Of a DNA stretch of 64,000 nucleotides, positions 30,388-39,567 are shown piece after piece. Position 1 is the first letter of the stretch. Each line of letters starts with the position of its first letter. The translations under genes and the position numbers were made by a program. Origin of the DNA: Limnothrix sp. BL-A-16 (GTDB lineage Bacteria > Cyanobacteriota > Cyanobacteriia > CACIAM-69d); the NCBI GenBank assembly GCA_041937175.2, contig CP166615.1:576001-640000 (forward strand), in the 5' to 3' direction. The notes below the pieces were generated by a model. That model searched no databases, was not told the DNA's origin, and was given only the letters and a program-made list of their open reading frames with translations.

Positions 30388-33194
30388 GTGACCCGCAACA
30401 ACCGCAGGAAAATTGGCAAGGGTTGAATATCAAGGGCGGTACGAATGATATTCACGACAATGCGTTTAATCAAAACCATAGCGGCCCAGGCGATAACGTT
30501 GCGGGCGATAAGAATGTCACCGTCCAGCCCACAACCCAGCAAGGCAATGTCTTCGATGGCCAGTCGCAGGGGCATTTCTATGGCCCGGTGAATCAATATT
30601 TTGTGCCGCCGCCGCTGGAGCCGACGATCGATGGGCCGCCCAACAATCTGACGAAGTATGGTTTGTCGCCCGATCGCTTTGTGGGGCGGGCGGCGGACTT
30701 GGCGCGGTTGCATGGGCTGTTGCAGACCCAAACCCAAGTCGCCATTGCCGGGGTGAGTGGTCTGGGTGGCGTGGGCAAGAGCGAGCTGGCGTTGCAATAT
30801 GCGCGGGCGCACCTGGGCGACTATCCCGGCGGGGTGGTGTGGTTGCGGGCGGCGGCGGCCTGTGGGGAGTTGGTGGCCTTTGCCCAGCCCCGTTGGTTTG
30901 CCCAGGTGGATTTTACGCCGTTGGACACCCTGGAAAAGCAGGCGATCTTTTGCCAAGCCCATTGGCCCAACACGGCCCAGAATCCGCCGGGTCGGGTGTT
31001 GTTGATTTTGGATGATGTGACGGATTTTGGGGGGCAGGTGCAGGGGTTTCCAGTGGTGGGCGATCGGTTTCGGGTGCTGATCACCAGTCGGGAAAAATAT
31101 TTGCTCCCCGAGGCGCGGCTGGATTTGGAGGTGTTGGAACCAGCGGCGGCGTTGGCGTTGTTGAGCAATTTGGTGGGGGAAAGTCGGATCGCGGCGGAAT
31201 GGGCGACGGCGGAGAAGCTGTGCGAGTGGTTGGGTTATTTGCCCTTGGGGTTGGAGTTGGTGGGCAGCTATTTGGCGGCGGATCCAGAGTTGTCGTTGGC
31301 CAAAATGCAGCAGCGGTTGGAGCAGAAACGGTTGGCGGCCAAGGCGCTGACCCAAGTGCCCGCCACCACAACAGCCGAACGGGGTGTGGCGGCGGCCTTT
31401 GAGTTGAGTTGGCAAGCCTTGAGCGAGGAAGCACAACGGCTGGCGGTGTTGTTGGGTTGTTTTGGGCCGGCTCCGGTGTTGTGGGCTTGGGTGGAAGGCT
31501 GTTTGCCCAACGATGACGAGGAGGATTTGGAGGCGGCGCGGGCGGAGTTGGTGCGGTTGAGTTTGTTGGAGCGGCTGGGCGATCGGCAATATGGCTTGCA
31601 TCCGCTGATTCGGGAGTTTTTCGCGGCCAAGCTGATGGATCAGGCGGATAGCCTTGACCTCAAAATTGCTGTGGCTGGGGAATTGCTACGGGCAACGAAA
31701 TCGATCAGCCAAACCATGACCCTCGACCAAGTGCAGGATCTAGGAGCGGTGATTCCCCATGCTAGGGCCGTGGCCGAGTGGCCAGATCGAGCAGAAGCGA
31801 TCGCTGACTTACTCGCTCGGCTGAATAATCAACTGTGCTCGTTCTACTATTCCCAAGGGCTATTTAGTTTGGCGGAGGTTTGGGCCAAGCGATCGCTAGA
31901 AATTCATGAGCGATTGCTGGGAGCCGACCATCCCGACACCGCCACCAGCCTCAACAACTTGGCATACCTCTACTCATCCCAGGGACGGTACGAGGCAGCG
32001 GAACCCCTCTTGCGGCGATCGCTGGAAATCAAAGAGCGAGTGCTGGGAGCCGACCATCCCGACACCGCCTCCAGCCTCAACAACTTGGCAGGACTCTACT
32101 ATTCCCAGGGGCAGTACGAAGCAGCGGAACCCCTCTACCGGCGATCGCTGGAAATCCATGAGCAAGTGCTGGGAGCCGACCATCCCGACACCGCCACCAG
32201 CCTCAACAACTTGGCATTACTCTACCAATCCCAGGGACAGTACGAGGCAGCAGAACCTCTCTTCCGGCGATCGCTGGAAATCTGTGAGCGATTGCTGGGA
32301 GCCGACCATCCCGACACCGCCACCAGCCTCAACAACTTGGCAGCACTCTACTATTCCCAGGGACGGTACGAGGCCGCGGAACCCCTCTACCGGCGATCGC
32401 TGGAAATCTGTGAGCGATTGCTGGGAGCCGACCATCCCCACACTGCCCAAAGCCTCAACAACTTGGCAGCACTCTACTATTCCCAGGGACGGTACGAGGC
32501 CGCGGAACCCCTCTACCGGCGATCGCTGGAAATCCGTGAGCAAGTGCTGGGAGACGACCATCCCGACACCGCCCAAAGTCTCAACAACTTGGCAGGACTC
32601 TACTATTCCCAGGGACGGTACGAGGCCGCGGAACCTCTCTACCGGCGATCGCTGGCAATCCGTGAGCGAGCACTGGGAGCCGACCATCCCCTCACCGCCA
32701 CCAGCCTCAACAACTTGGCAGAACTCTATCGATCCCAGGGACGGTACGAGGCAGCGGAACCCCTCTACCAGCGATCGCTGGAAATCTGGGAGCAATTGCT
32801 GGGAGCCGACCATCCCCTCACCGCCACCAGCCTCAACAACTTGGCAGAACTCTACCATTCCCAGGGACAGTACGAGGCAGCAGAACCCCTCTACCGGCGA
32901 TCGCTGGAAATCCGTGAGCAAGTGCTGGGAGACGACCATCCCGACACCGCCTCCAGCCTCAACAACTTGGCAGGACTCTACGAATCCCAGGGACGGTACG
33001 AGGCAGCGGAACCCCTCTACCGGCGCTGCTTGGAGATTTTTCTAGAAAAACTCGGTCAAGACCATCCCAACACCCAAACCGGTCAGAAAAATTTCCGCAT
33101 CTTCGTGCAAACCATCCTCGAAGCCGATCGCGCCGCCGACCTCTCCGACCACCCCCTCACCCAATCCCTCCTGCAACAATTGCAGAATCCTTAA
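30384..33194 (+). CDS. NLR-like STAND NTPase (NB-ARC) with C-terminal TPR repeats and an N-terminal N/Q/G-rich motif region
   Basis: FVGR; Walker A GLGGVGKS; Walker B LLILDDV; LITSR; YLPLGL; LHPLIR; nine 42-aa TPRs; ATGA overlap with the DUF29 stop. Confidence 0.92.
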   Translation: MSDPQQPQENWQGLNIKGGTNDIHDNAFNQNHSGPGDNVAGDKNVTVQPTTQQGNVFDGQSQGHFYGPVNQYFVPPPLEPTIDGPPNNLTKYGLSPDRFVGRAADLARLHGLLQTQTQVAIAGVSGLGGVGKSELALQYARAHLGDYPGGVVWLRAAAACGELVAFAQPRWFAQVDFTPLDTLEKQAIFCQAHWPNTAQNPPGRVLLILDDVTDFGGQVQGFPVVGDRFRVLITSREKYLLPEARLDLEVLEPAAALALLSNLVGESRIAAEWATAEKLCEWLGYLPLGLELVGSYLAADPELSLAKMQQRLEQKRLAAKALTQVPATTTAERGVAAAFELSWQALSEEAQRLAVLLGCFGPAPVLWAWVEGCLPNDDEEDLEAARAELVRLSLLERLGDRQYGLHPLIREFFAAKLMDQADSLDLKIAVAGELLRATKSISQTMTLDQVQDLGAVIPHARAVAEWPDRAEAIADLLARLNNQLCSFYYSQGLFSLAEVWAKRSLEIHERLLGADHPDTATSLNNLAYLYSSQGRYEAAEPLLRRSLEIKERVLGADHPDTASSLNNLAGLYYSQGQYEAAEPLYRRSLEIHEQVLGADHPDTATSLNNLALLYQSQGQYEAAEPLFRRSLEICERLLGADHPDTATSLNNLAALYYSQGRYEAAEPLYRRSLEICERLLGADHPHTAQSLNNLAALYYSQGRYEAAEPLYRRSLEIREQVLGDDHPDTAQSLNNLAGLYYSQGRYEAAEPLYRRSLAIRERALGADHPLTATSLNNLAELYRSQGRYEAAEPLYQRSLEIWEQLLGADHPLTATSLNNLAELYHSQGQYEAAEPLYRRSLEIREQVLGDDHPDTASSLNNLAGLYESQGRYEAAEPLYRRCLEIFLEKLGQDHPNTQTGQKNFRIFVQTILEADRAADLSDHPLTQSLLQQLQNP
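31921..33054 (+). repeat. Nine near-identical 126-bp TPR-coding repeats
   Basis: Unit (A/D)DHPxTAxSLNNLAxLYxSQGxYEAAEPLxxRSLEIxExxLG repeated 9 times with high DNA identity. Confidence 0.92.
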
Positions 33195-33205
33195 ACCATT
33201 CATCC

Positions 33206-33565
33206 ATGACCAGCAACGGCCAAACCAATATTCCACCACTCGCCCAAACCCAATCCATCAGCGGCACACCCATTCGCATCACTCACCAGCAATGGGCCCA
33301 CATCACCGAAAACCACGACTACATGGCCGGTTGCCTCGATCTGGTCATTGAAACCGTCAGCGATCCTGACCTGATTGCTAATGGCTGGACAGACGAAAAA
33401 ATCGCCCTTCGCCACTACCCCAAAACCCCAATCACTGAGAAAAACGCCGTCGTTGTCTACAAAGAAACCAGCCCCGAAGATGGCTTCGTAATCACCGCAT
33501 TTTTGACCTCAAAACCCCACAAAATCACCCAACGAGGAATCCAATGGCAACGCCCGCAATCCTAA
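33206..33565 (+). CDS. Putative BECR/RelE-like toxin (nuclease fold)
   Basis: IRITHQQWAHI..H...VVVYKE...GFVITAF pattern; overlaps a downstream DUF2283-like gene. Confidence 0.55.
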   Translation: MTSNGQTNIPPLAQTQSISGTPIRITHQQWAHITENHDYMAGCLDLVIETVSDPDLIANGWTDEKIALRHYPKTPITEKNAVVVYKETSPEDGFVITAFLTSKPHKITQRGIQWQRPQS

Positions 33566-33768
33566 ACGCCATCCCCCATCTGCTCCAGGCCCCCTCCAAC
33601 CAAATTTGGAGTAGCTACGACCCGATCGCCGATGTGCTCTATCTCAGCTTTCGCAAACCCCAAAACGCCAACGACAGCACCCTCGAAGACAACATCATCT
33701 ACCACTATCACAACGAAATCTTGGTCGGTTTAACCATCCTGAACGCCAGCCAAAACCGGGCCGCATAA
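33544..33768 (+). CDS. DUF2283 family protein (putative antitoxin)
   Basis: SYDPIADVLYLSF...LVGLTILNAS. Confidence 0.75.
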   Translation: MATPAILNAIPHLLQAPSNQIWSSYDPIADVLYLSFRKPQNANDSTLEDNIIYHYHNEILVGLTILNASQNRAA

Positions 33769-33812
33769 CCCGATCGCCCTTCCCGCCAAAAACCGGATCG
33801 GGATCCCGAGGG
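33768..33812 (+). repeat. 45-bp direct repeat, copy 1 (copy 2 at 34581-34625)
   Basis: acccgatcgcccttcccgccaaaaaccggatcgggatcccgaggg is identical at both sites. Confidence 0.9.
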
Positions 33813-33911
33813 GTGATCAACGGTGCGTGGGAGACAACCCAACCCAACCGTTACCCCAAAAGCGTTCTCCCACTTACCCTACGCGATCCACTCAACGCCT
33901 AATCCCGCCTG

Positions 33912-34106
33912 ATGCCCGCCAAAGACCTCTACCACAACGCCATTAAAAACGCCCTGATCACCGACGGCTGGACAATCCTCGCCGATCCCTATCGCATCGA
34001 ATACCAAGACGATCTCCTACTCGCTGACCTCGCCGCCGCCCGCCCGATCGCCCCCGTAAATCCAGACACCCCGGAGATCGTTTTATGGACACCGCAGCGT
34101 ACCTAA
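33912..34106 (+). pseudogene. xisH: XisH family protein with an internal deletion
   Basis: N-terminus MPAKDLYHNAIKNALITDGW.I.ADP...LADLAA is joined directly to a C-terminal-like VNPDTPEIVLW; only 64 aa; the VEIKSF nuclease core is missing. Confidence 0.75.
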
Positions 34107-34423
34107 ACATCCTCGAAGCCACCGTACAGGACTACCACGACTGGGCAAACCGAGCCGCCAGCGACACCGATGAAAACTGCCTGATCATCGATCGCGATCG
34201 GGGTTACTGCCTGTGGCTATGCGTTGGCTGGAAAAACCGCAAACGCATCGAAAAAATCATGATTTTTGCTCGCCTCAAAAACGGCAAAATCTGGATCGAA
34301 ACCGACGAAACCACCGACGGCATCGCCACCGACCTGATGCGAGCTGGCATTCCCAACACCGATATCGTCCTTGGCTTCCTTGCTCCCGAAGAGCGCCCCC
34401 TCTCCGAATTCGCGCTGGCATGA
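34085..34423 (+). CDS. xisI: XisI family protein
   Basis: IIDRDRGY...GW...KNGKIWIE.D.T.DGIA.DL..AGIP..DIVLGF. Confidence 0.88.
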   Translation: MDTAAYLNILEATVQDYHDWANRAASDTDENCLIIDRDRGYCLWLCVGWKNRKRIEKIMIFARLKNGKIWIETDETTDGIATDLMRAGIPNTDIVLGFLAPEERPLSEFALA

Positions 34424-34478
34424 GCCGAGCCATATCGCGCCGCCGACCTCCCCCGACCACCGCCCCACCCGAAACCCC

Positions 34479-34582
34479 GTAGGGGCGCATGGCGATGCGC
34501 CCTCCGATACGCGAGATCTGCGATGACCCATTCGTGGCAACCGATCGACCCCGGCGGAGGGCGTACGGCGGTACGCCCCTAC
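34479..34582. repeat. REPIN-like element: two GTAG-type REP palindromes in inverted orientation
   Basis: gtaggggcgcatggcgatgcgccctcc (34479-34505) and the inverted ggagggcgtacggcggtacgcccctac (34556-34582). Confidence 0.75.
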
Positions 34583-34744
34583 CCGATCGCCCTTCCCGCC
34601 AAAAACCGGATCGGGATCCCGAGGGCCGATCGCCCCATTTTCTCGCCCATGGGCCACGCAAAACCCGTGGGGTCATCCGTGCGGGCCGCCGTCGGGGTTT
34701 CGCTTAAAATTCAAAGGTTCGATCGCTCCCCGTCAGCGCCTGCC

Positions 34745-35599
34745 ATGTCTTCGCCCACCGCCACCCTCCTAATCAACTGCCCCGACCAGCGCGGCCTAGT
34801 CGCCAAAATTGCCAGCTTCATTGATGCCAACGGCGGCAACATTCTGCACGCCGACCAACACCAAGACCCCACCGCCAATTTGTTCCTCAGCCGCGTGGAA
34901 TGGCAGCTTGATGGCTTTAATTTGCCCCGCGATCTGATTAACCCAGCCTTCGGGGCGATCGCCAAACCCCTCGGTGCAACTTGGCAACTGCATTTTTCCG
35001 ACGACATTCCCCGCATGGCCATTTGGGTCAGCCGTCAGGATCATTGCTTGCTGGATTTGTTGTGGCGCAATAAGGCCGGCGAAATCCCCGCCAACATCGC
35101 TTTAATTATTAGCAACCATCCGGATTTAGCCCCGATCGCTCAACAATTTGGCATCGACTATCACCACGTACCGATTACCAAAGACACCAAATCCGAAGCC
35201 GAAGCCCAACAGCTTGCTCTGCTCGATCAATACAACATTGATCTAGTCGTCTTGGCGAAATATATGCAAATTCTTACGCCAGGATTTGTCGCCGCGTTTT
35301 CCAACGCGATTAACATTCATCACTCCTTTTTGCCCGCATTTCCCGGCGCAAATCCCTACCAACGGGCGCACGATCGCGGCGTAAAAGTGATCGGCGCAAC
35401 GGCCCACTACGTCACCCAAGATTTGGATGAAGGGCCGATCATTGAGCAAGATGTTTCGCGAGTCAGCCACCGCGATACGGTCGAAGATCTGATCCGCAAA
35501 GGCAAAGATCTAGAGCGCGTGGTGCTGGCCCGAGCGGTGCGGTTACACCTCCAACATCGCGTGCTGGTGTATGGAAACCGCACGGTTGTTTTTGAATAA
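34745..35599 (+). CDS. purU: Formyltetrahydrofolate deformylase
   Basis: ACT domain CPDQRGLVA; INIHHSFLPAF.GA.PY; GATAHYVT.DLDEGPII; 284 aa from the ATG at 34745. Confidence 0.95.
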   Translation: MSSPTATLLINCPDQRGLVAKIASFIDANGGNILHADQHQDPTANLFLSRVEWQLDGFNLPRDLINPAFGAIAKPLGATWQLHFSDDIPRMAIWVSRQDHCLLDLLWRNKAGEIPANIALIISNHPDLAPIAQQFGIDYHHVPITKDTKSEAEAQQLALLDQYNIDLVVLAKYMQILTPGFVAAFSNAINIHHSFLPAFPGANPYQRAHDRGVKVIGATAHYVTQDLDEGPIIEQDVSRVSHRDTVEDLIRKGKDLERVVLARAVRLHLQHRVLVYGNRTVVFE

Positions 35600-35624
35600 T
35601 TTTCAGGGGAGTAGGTCGTCGAAT

Positions 35625-36038
35625 TTAGGGCTGCAACACTTGCGACTCAATAATCGAAATCCCGTGGCGATCGAGCAACTCCTTCACGGGAATTCTGACA
35701 TAGTCCTTGTTGTAAAAATCATCACGAACGACGTGTCCATCCCAAATAATGATGTCAAGATCGATCGTCTGGGGCCCTGCCTTGATCGGTCTTTTCACAC
35801 GGCCAAGTTGTTTTTCAACAGCTTTTAAATACTGGTTGAATTCCGAGTAATCCAGATGAGTTTCTACCCAAAAGGCTCCGTTCAAAAAATCATCTTGGTC
35901 TTGATAGCCCACAGGTGCAGTCAGAATATAAGCCGATGTGTCCAGTAATCGATGGTCAGTTGCTAAAATAATTTCGGATTGGTGGCAATACTTCTGTGGC
36001 TCAGTGTTGGAACCCACTGACAAAATTGCTTGATGCAT
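35625..36038 (-). CDS. folK: 2-amino-4-hydroxy-6-hydroxymethyldihydropteridine diphosphokinase
   Basis: LSVGSN, T.PVG..QDDFLN, E..LGR and GP.TIDLDI motifs. Confidence 0.82.
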   Translation of the reverse strand: MHQAILSVGSNTEPQKYCHQSEIILATDHRLLDTSAYILTAPVGYQDQDDFLNGAFWVETHLDYSEFNQYLKAVEKQLGRVKRPIKAGPQTIDLDIIIWDGHVVRDDFYNKDYVRIPVKELLDRHGISIIESQVLQP

Positions 36039-36267
36039 GGGACAGGATCCTCACAGAATAGTTCAGCCTTGCAGCATTAATACCGGTCAACCATAAATCT
36101 TGCAGTCAATGCGCCCAGCATATTGCACACAGAATGCTTAGAGTTTTCAGAATACTCCAAATATTCAGGGTTTCCAGAGCTTCCAGAAATAATTCTAGTC
36201 AACCTAAAATCCTAGTTAACCTCTAGTCAACCTGAAGATTGCTCCAGACAACCTCCAGGTTTCAAAA

Positions 36268-37041
36268 CTACTGCTTGATCTGGGTTATTTGCTCATAGGT
36301 GACAGCGTTTCTACCAACGTTGGTTAGAGACTCACCACCATCGACAAATAAAATTTGCCCCGCCACAAAGGAGTTATCGAGAATATAGTGAACTGCTTTG
36401 ACAATATTCTCAGTCGATCCCTGTTGCTTCACAGGAATGCCATCAATCAACCATTCAACATAGTCCTGGGTGCGGGTGCTGACGGGCAAAATAAAACCGG
36501 GCGCAATACCATTAACCCGGATTGCTGGAGCGAGTTCGATCGCTGCTAGTTTTGTAAACTCCGCCAGAGCCTTTTTCGAGAGCAGATAGGCTGAATATTG
36601 ATATTGGTTGAAGGCAACTTTGTTATCAATAATATTGATCACGCAGCCGCTGCCATTGTTTTTTGCAAAGGCTTGGGTGAGGAAATAGGGTGCTTGGAAG
36701 TTAACTTTAAATTGCTTTTCAAACAAATCGAGTGTGGTTTCCGCGATCGGGGCCGCATCATAAACCGATGCACTATTGACCAAGACGTTTAAATCGCCAA
36801 AGCGAGATCGAACCCGTTCCACTAGCGGGTTCATATCAGGTTCATTGAGTAAATCAAAGGGAAATAGATCGCATTCCACACCATAGGAGCGAAATTCATC
36901 GGCGGTGGCCAGCGCTGCTTCCTGGGATGAATTGTAATGGAGAGCGATGTTATACCCTGCTTGGGCGAGGCTTTGAGAAATTGCTTTTCCGAGACGAATT
37001 GCGGAACCCGTCACCAGTGCTGTACCTTGAGCTTTGGGCAT
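36268..37041 (-). CDS. Pteridine reductase-like SDR (FolM/PTR1 type)
   Basis: TGSAIRLG (Arg in the Gly-rich loop); LHYNSS; YLLSK; adjacent to folK. Confidence 0.8.
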   Translation of the reverse strand: MPKAQGTALVTGSAIRLGKAISQSLAQAGYNIALHYNSSQEAALATADEFRSYGVECDLFPFDLLNEPDMNPLVERVRSRFGDLNVLVNSASVYDAAPIAETTLDLFEKQFKVNFQAPYFLTQAFAKNNGSGCVINIIDNKVAFNQYQYSAYLLSKKALAEFTKLAAIELAPAIRVNGIAPGFILPVSTRTQDYVEWLIDGIPVKQQGSTENIVKAVHYILDNSFVAGQILFVDGGESLTNVGRNAVTYEQITQIKQ

Positions 37042-37739
37042 AATTTAATAATCAGGATTTGACAACTGGAGGGCGATCGTAACGGGATGAATCTCAGCAG
37101 ATTGTGACTGAATTGGGTTCAAGAATCGTACATTCAGCAACCGCTCAAAGCACCGAAAACACCAAATCAACGATTACCAGACGATGACTAATCTAGAGGG
37201 TCTAGATTGCTTTCTCAGAAATCGAGGTGCTGTTCCAAACTACCTAGATAGCCGACCTAGTAACTGATGATCATTGCGGCTTATGGCGGCGGGTTGATCG
37301 CAATCGGTCGATCGCAATGAGCTTACAGCGTTGCTAGATATTAACTTGAGATCGTGAATTAATGCTAAAGCAAAATTTAATATTTTGCAACCTAATGATC
37401 GGCTCATTCACAGAAAAAGCTGATGATTTTGATTAGTGATCAGAGCCTTTTAACCAGAATTTTGCTATCAGTAAATCATCAGAGTCTGTTATCAATCTGC
37501 CTCGACTAATTGGCCGAAAGAAATCCATCATATTAATCAGATTAACCTGCTGATTAATCTGACCAATGACCGCACGGATCAGTCGTTTGCCCATTAGTCC
37601 CGAATCATCTGATGGCCATAAAGCTGGAGTGCGATCGAGCCTAGGCCGATCGCACCCTCTCGCCAATCATCTTGCAGACTATTGATCGGCCCGCTTGCAC
37701 AAGACAATTGGCAAAAGATGGGATTGAATAATCTTGGAT

Positions 37740-38432
37740 TTAGACTGACAAACCACCATCAATTACAATCGCCTGACCCGTTAGGTTGCCAGCATCAGGG
37801 GAAGCCAACCAAGTAACCATGGTCGCAATATCGCGGGGGGTTGTGATCTTGCCCGTTGGAACGCTTTGCGCCACTTCATCCGCCGTCAAACCGAGTTCCA
37901 CAAACCGCCCTCGGGACATTTCAGTGTCCACCCAACCCGGACAAATGGCGTTGACGGTAATTCCCCGAGGGGCCAAGGCCAGGGACAGGGCGCGGGTGAG
38001 GCCAACTACGCCGTGTTTGGCTGCACAATAGGCCACCTGGTCGGGCACTGCCCGCAAACCCAAGATAGAAGCAATGTTGATGATCCGTCCGGTGCGATCG
38101 GGCATTCGGGGAATAGCAGCTTTGGCGCAACGATAGGCCCCATCTAAGTTGATCGCCATGATGGATCGCCAGTGGGATTCATCATCATCATCGGGGCGAT
38201 CGGCTCCGGCTTTCCCTGCATTATTCACCAACACATCCAACGTCCCGATCGCCTGAAAAAGTGTATCCACCGCATCGGGAACAGCCACATCGCAGGGCAT
38301 AAAAGTCGCCCCTGGCAAAGGATCTGCCGGAGGCTGCCGGCCGCAAATCACCACCTCAGAACCGATCGCCAAAAATTGGGCTGCAATTTCCCGACCAATA
38401 CCACGCGTACCGCCGGTCACTAAGACTTTCAT
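37740..38432 (-). CDS. Short-chain dehydrogenase/reductase
   Basis: TGGTRGIG, NNAG, YCAAK, ICPGWVDT. Confidence 0.88.
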   Translation of the reverse strand: MKVLVTGGTRGIGREIAAQFLAIGSEVVICGRQPPADPLPGATFMPCDVAVPDAVDTLFQAIGTLDVLVNNAGKAGADRPDDDDESHWRSIMAINLDGAYRCAKAAIPRMPDRTGRIINIASILGLRAVPDQVAYCAAKHGVVGLTRALSLALAPRGITVNAICPGWVDTEMSRGRFVELGLTADEVAQSVPTGKITTPRDIATMVTWLASPDAGNLTGQAIVIDGGLSV

Positions 38433-38500
38433 CGAAATCGTGGCTCTCCAAGGATGCAATCAAGAATTGATCAAGAGTTCAATCGAGTATGGGTCAGATT

Positions 38501-38595
38501 CCCCGCCGCTCTGCGGCGAAAACAAAAAGCCTGCAATCCGAATCTTTAGGTTTGGGAGCAGATCTGATTCCATACCCCGTCCGCTTGCGGCGGGG
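38501..38595. repeat. Small element bounded by GC-rich palindromes (REP/MITE-like)
   Basis: ccccgccgctctgcggcg at the left end and ccccgtccgcttgcggcgggg at the right; the ends are inverted repeats of each other. Confidence 0.5.
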
Positions 38596-38853
38596 TTCTT
38601 GATTCAAGAATCCAATCAAGAATCCAATCAAGAATTCATCAAGAATTTTAAGAGGCGAAGGTTCGCTGTCTGATTGATTGACAAAACTCCTAGTAGTCAA
38701 GTTTTACAGAAGGTGTCAATCGTTATGTTGTGACTAGCTGTATGGTGACTAGCTGCATAACAACTGTTTCACATTTTTTCAGCATCAGCTCAACCGATGA
38801 TTGATGATTGATGACTCGCAGGCTGAAAGAAATTCATGGAAATTCATGGGCAT

Positions 38854-39567
38854 TTATTGGGCCGTTCCACCACCATCAACGGGAATGACTGCACCAGTGA
38901 TAAACGATGCCGCATCAGAAGCCAAAAACGCCACCACCCATGCAATTTCTGCGGGTTCCGCAAAGCGTCCCAGGGGCACCGAGCTTTTGTAAAATTCCTC
39001 GGACATATCCCCAAACAGGGCCGGATATTGGGCCGCTAGATCGGAGGTGACTTGACGGAGCATGGCAGTGTCGGTGCTGCCGGGAGCAATGCAGTTGATG
39101 CGGATATTGTGGGTGGCCCAGTCGAGAGCGGCGCTGCGGGTAAGCTGTGCGATTGCACCTTTGGTGAGACCATAGGCGGCGCTCACCCGTTTGCCAATGA
39201 AGGCTTGGTCGCTGGCAATGTTGACGATCGCCCCGTGACCGCGTTGGATCATGCCCGGTAGGACTGCTTTCATGAGCAGAAAGGGGGCGCGTACATTAAC
39301 AGCAAATAAACGATCGAGCACTTCGATCGGGGTGTCCAGCACCGTGCCCAAGGCTGTCGCGCCGGCATTGTTGACAAGGATATCGACGGAGCCAAAGTCC
39401 GCTGCCCGGGCGGCGATCGCGTTGCTGTCGGCGAGGTCGATTTCGGGTAGATCCAAGCCGATCACCTGAACGCCTTCCTCGGATAAGCGTTGGGCGATCG
39501 CGGATCCAATCCCCCCCTTATGGCCTGTCACAATGGCGGTTTTGCCAGTCAATCCCGGTAAACTCAC
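38854..39567 (-). CDS. Short-chain dehydrogenase/reductase
   Basis: TGHKGGIG, NNAG, YGLTK, IAPGSTDT; GTG start after GAGGAG. Confidence 0.88.
   Translation of the reverse strand: MSLPGLTGKTAIVTGHKGGIGSAIAQRLSEEGVQVIGLDLPEIDLADSNAIAARAADFGSVDILVNNAGATALGTVLDTPIEVLDRLFAVNVRAPFLLMKAVLPGMIQRGHGAIVNIASDQAFIGKRVSAAYGLTKGAIAQLTRSAALDWATHNIRINCIAPGSTDTAMLRQVTSDLAAQYPALFGDMSEEFYKSSVPLGRFAEPAEIAWVVAFLASDAASFITGAVIPVDGGGTAQ

Noticed and set aside
31906..33045. Alternative-frame and antisense repetitive ORFs over the TPR region
   Set aside because: Shadows of the 126-bp coding repeats; they are not a CRISPR array either, since there are no unique spacers
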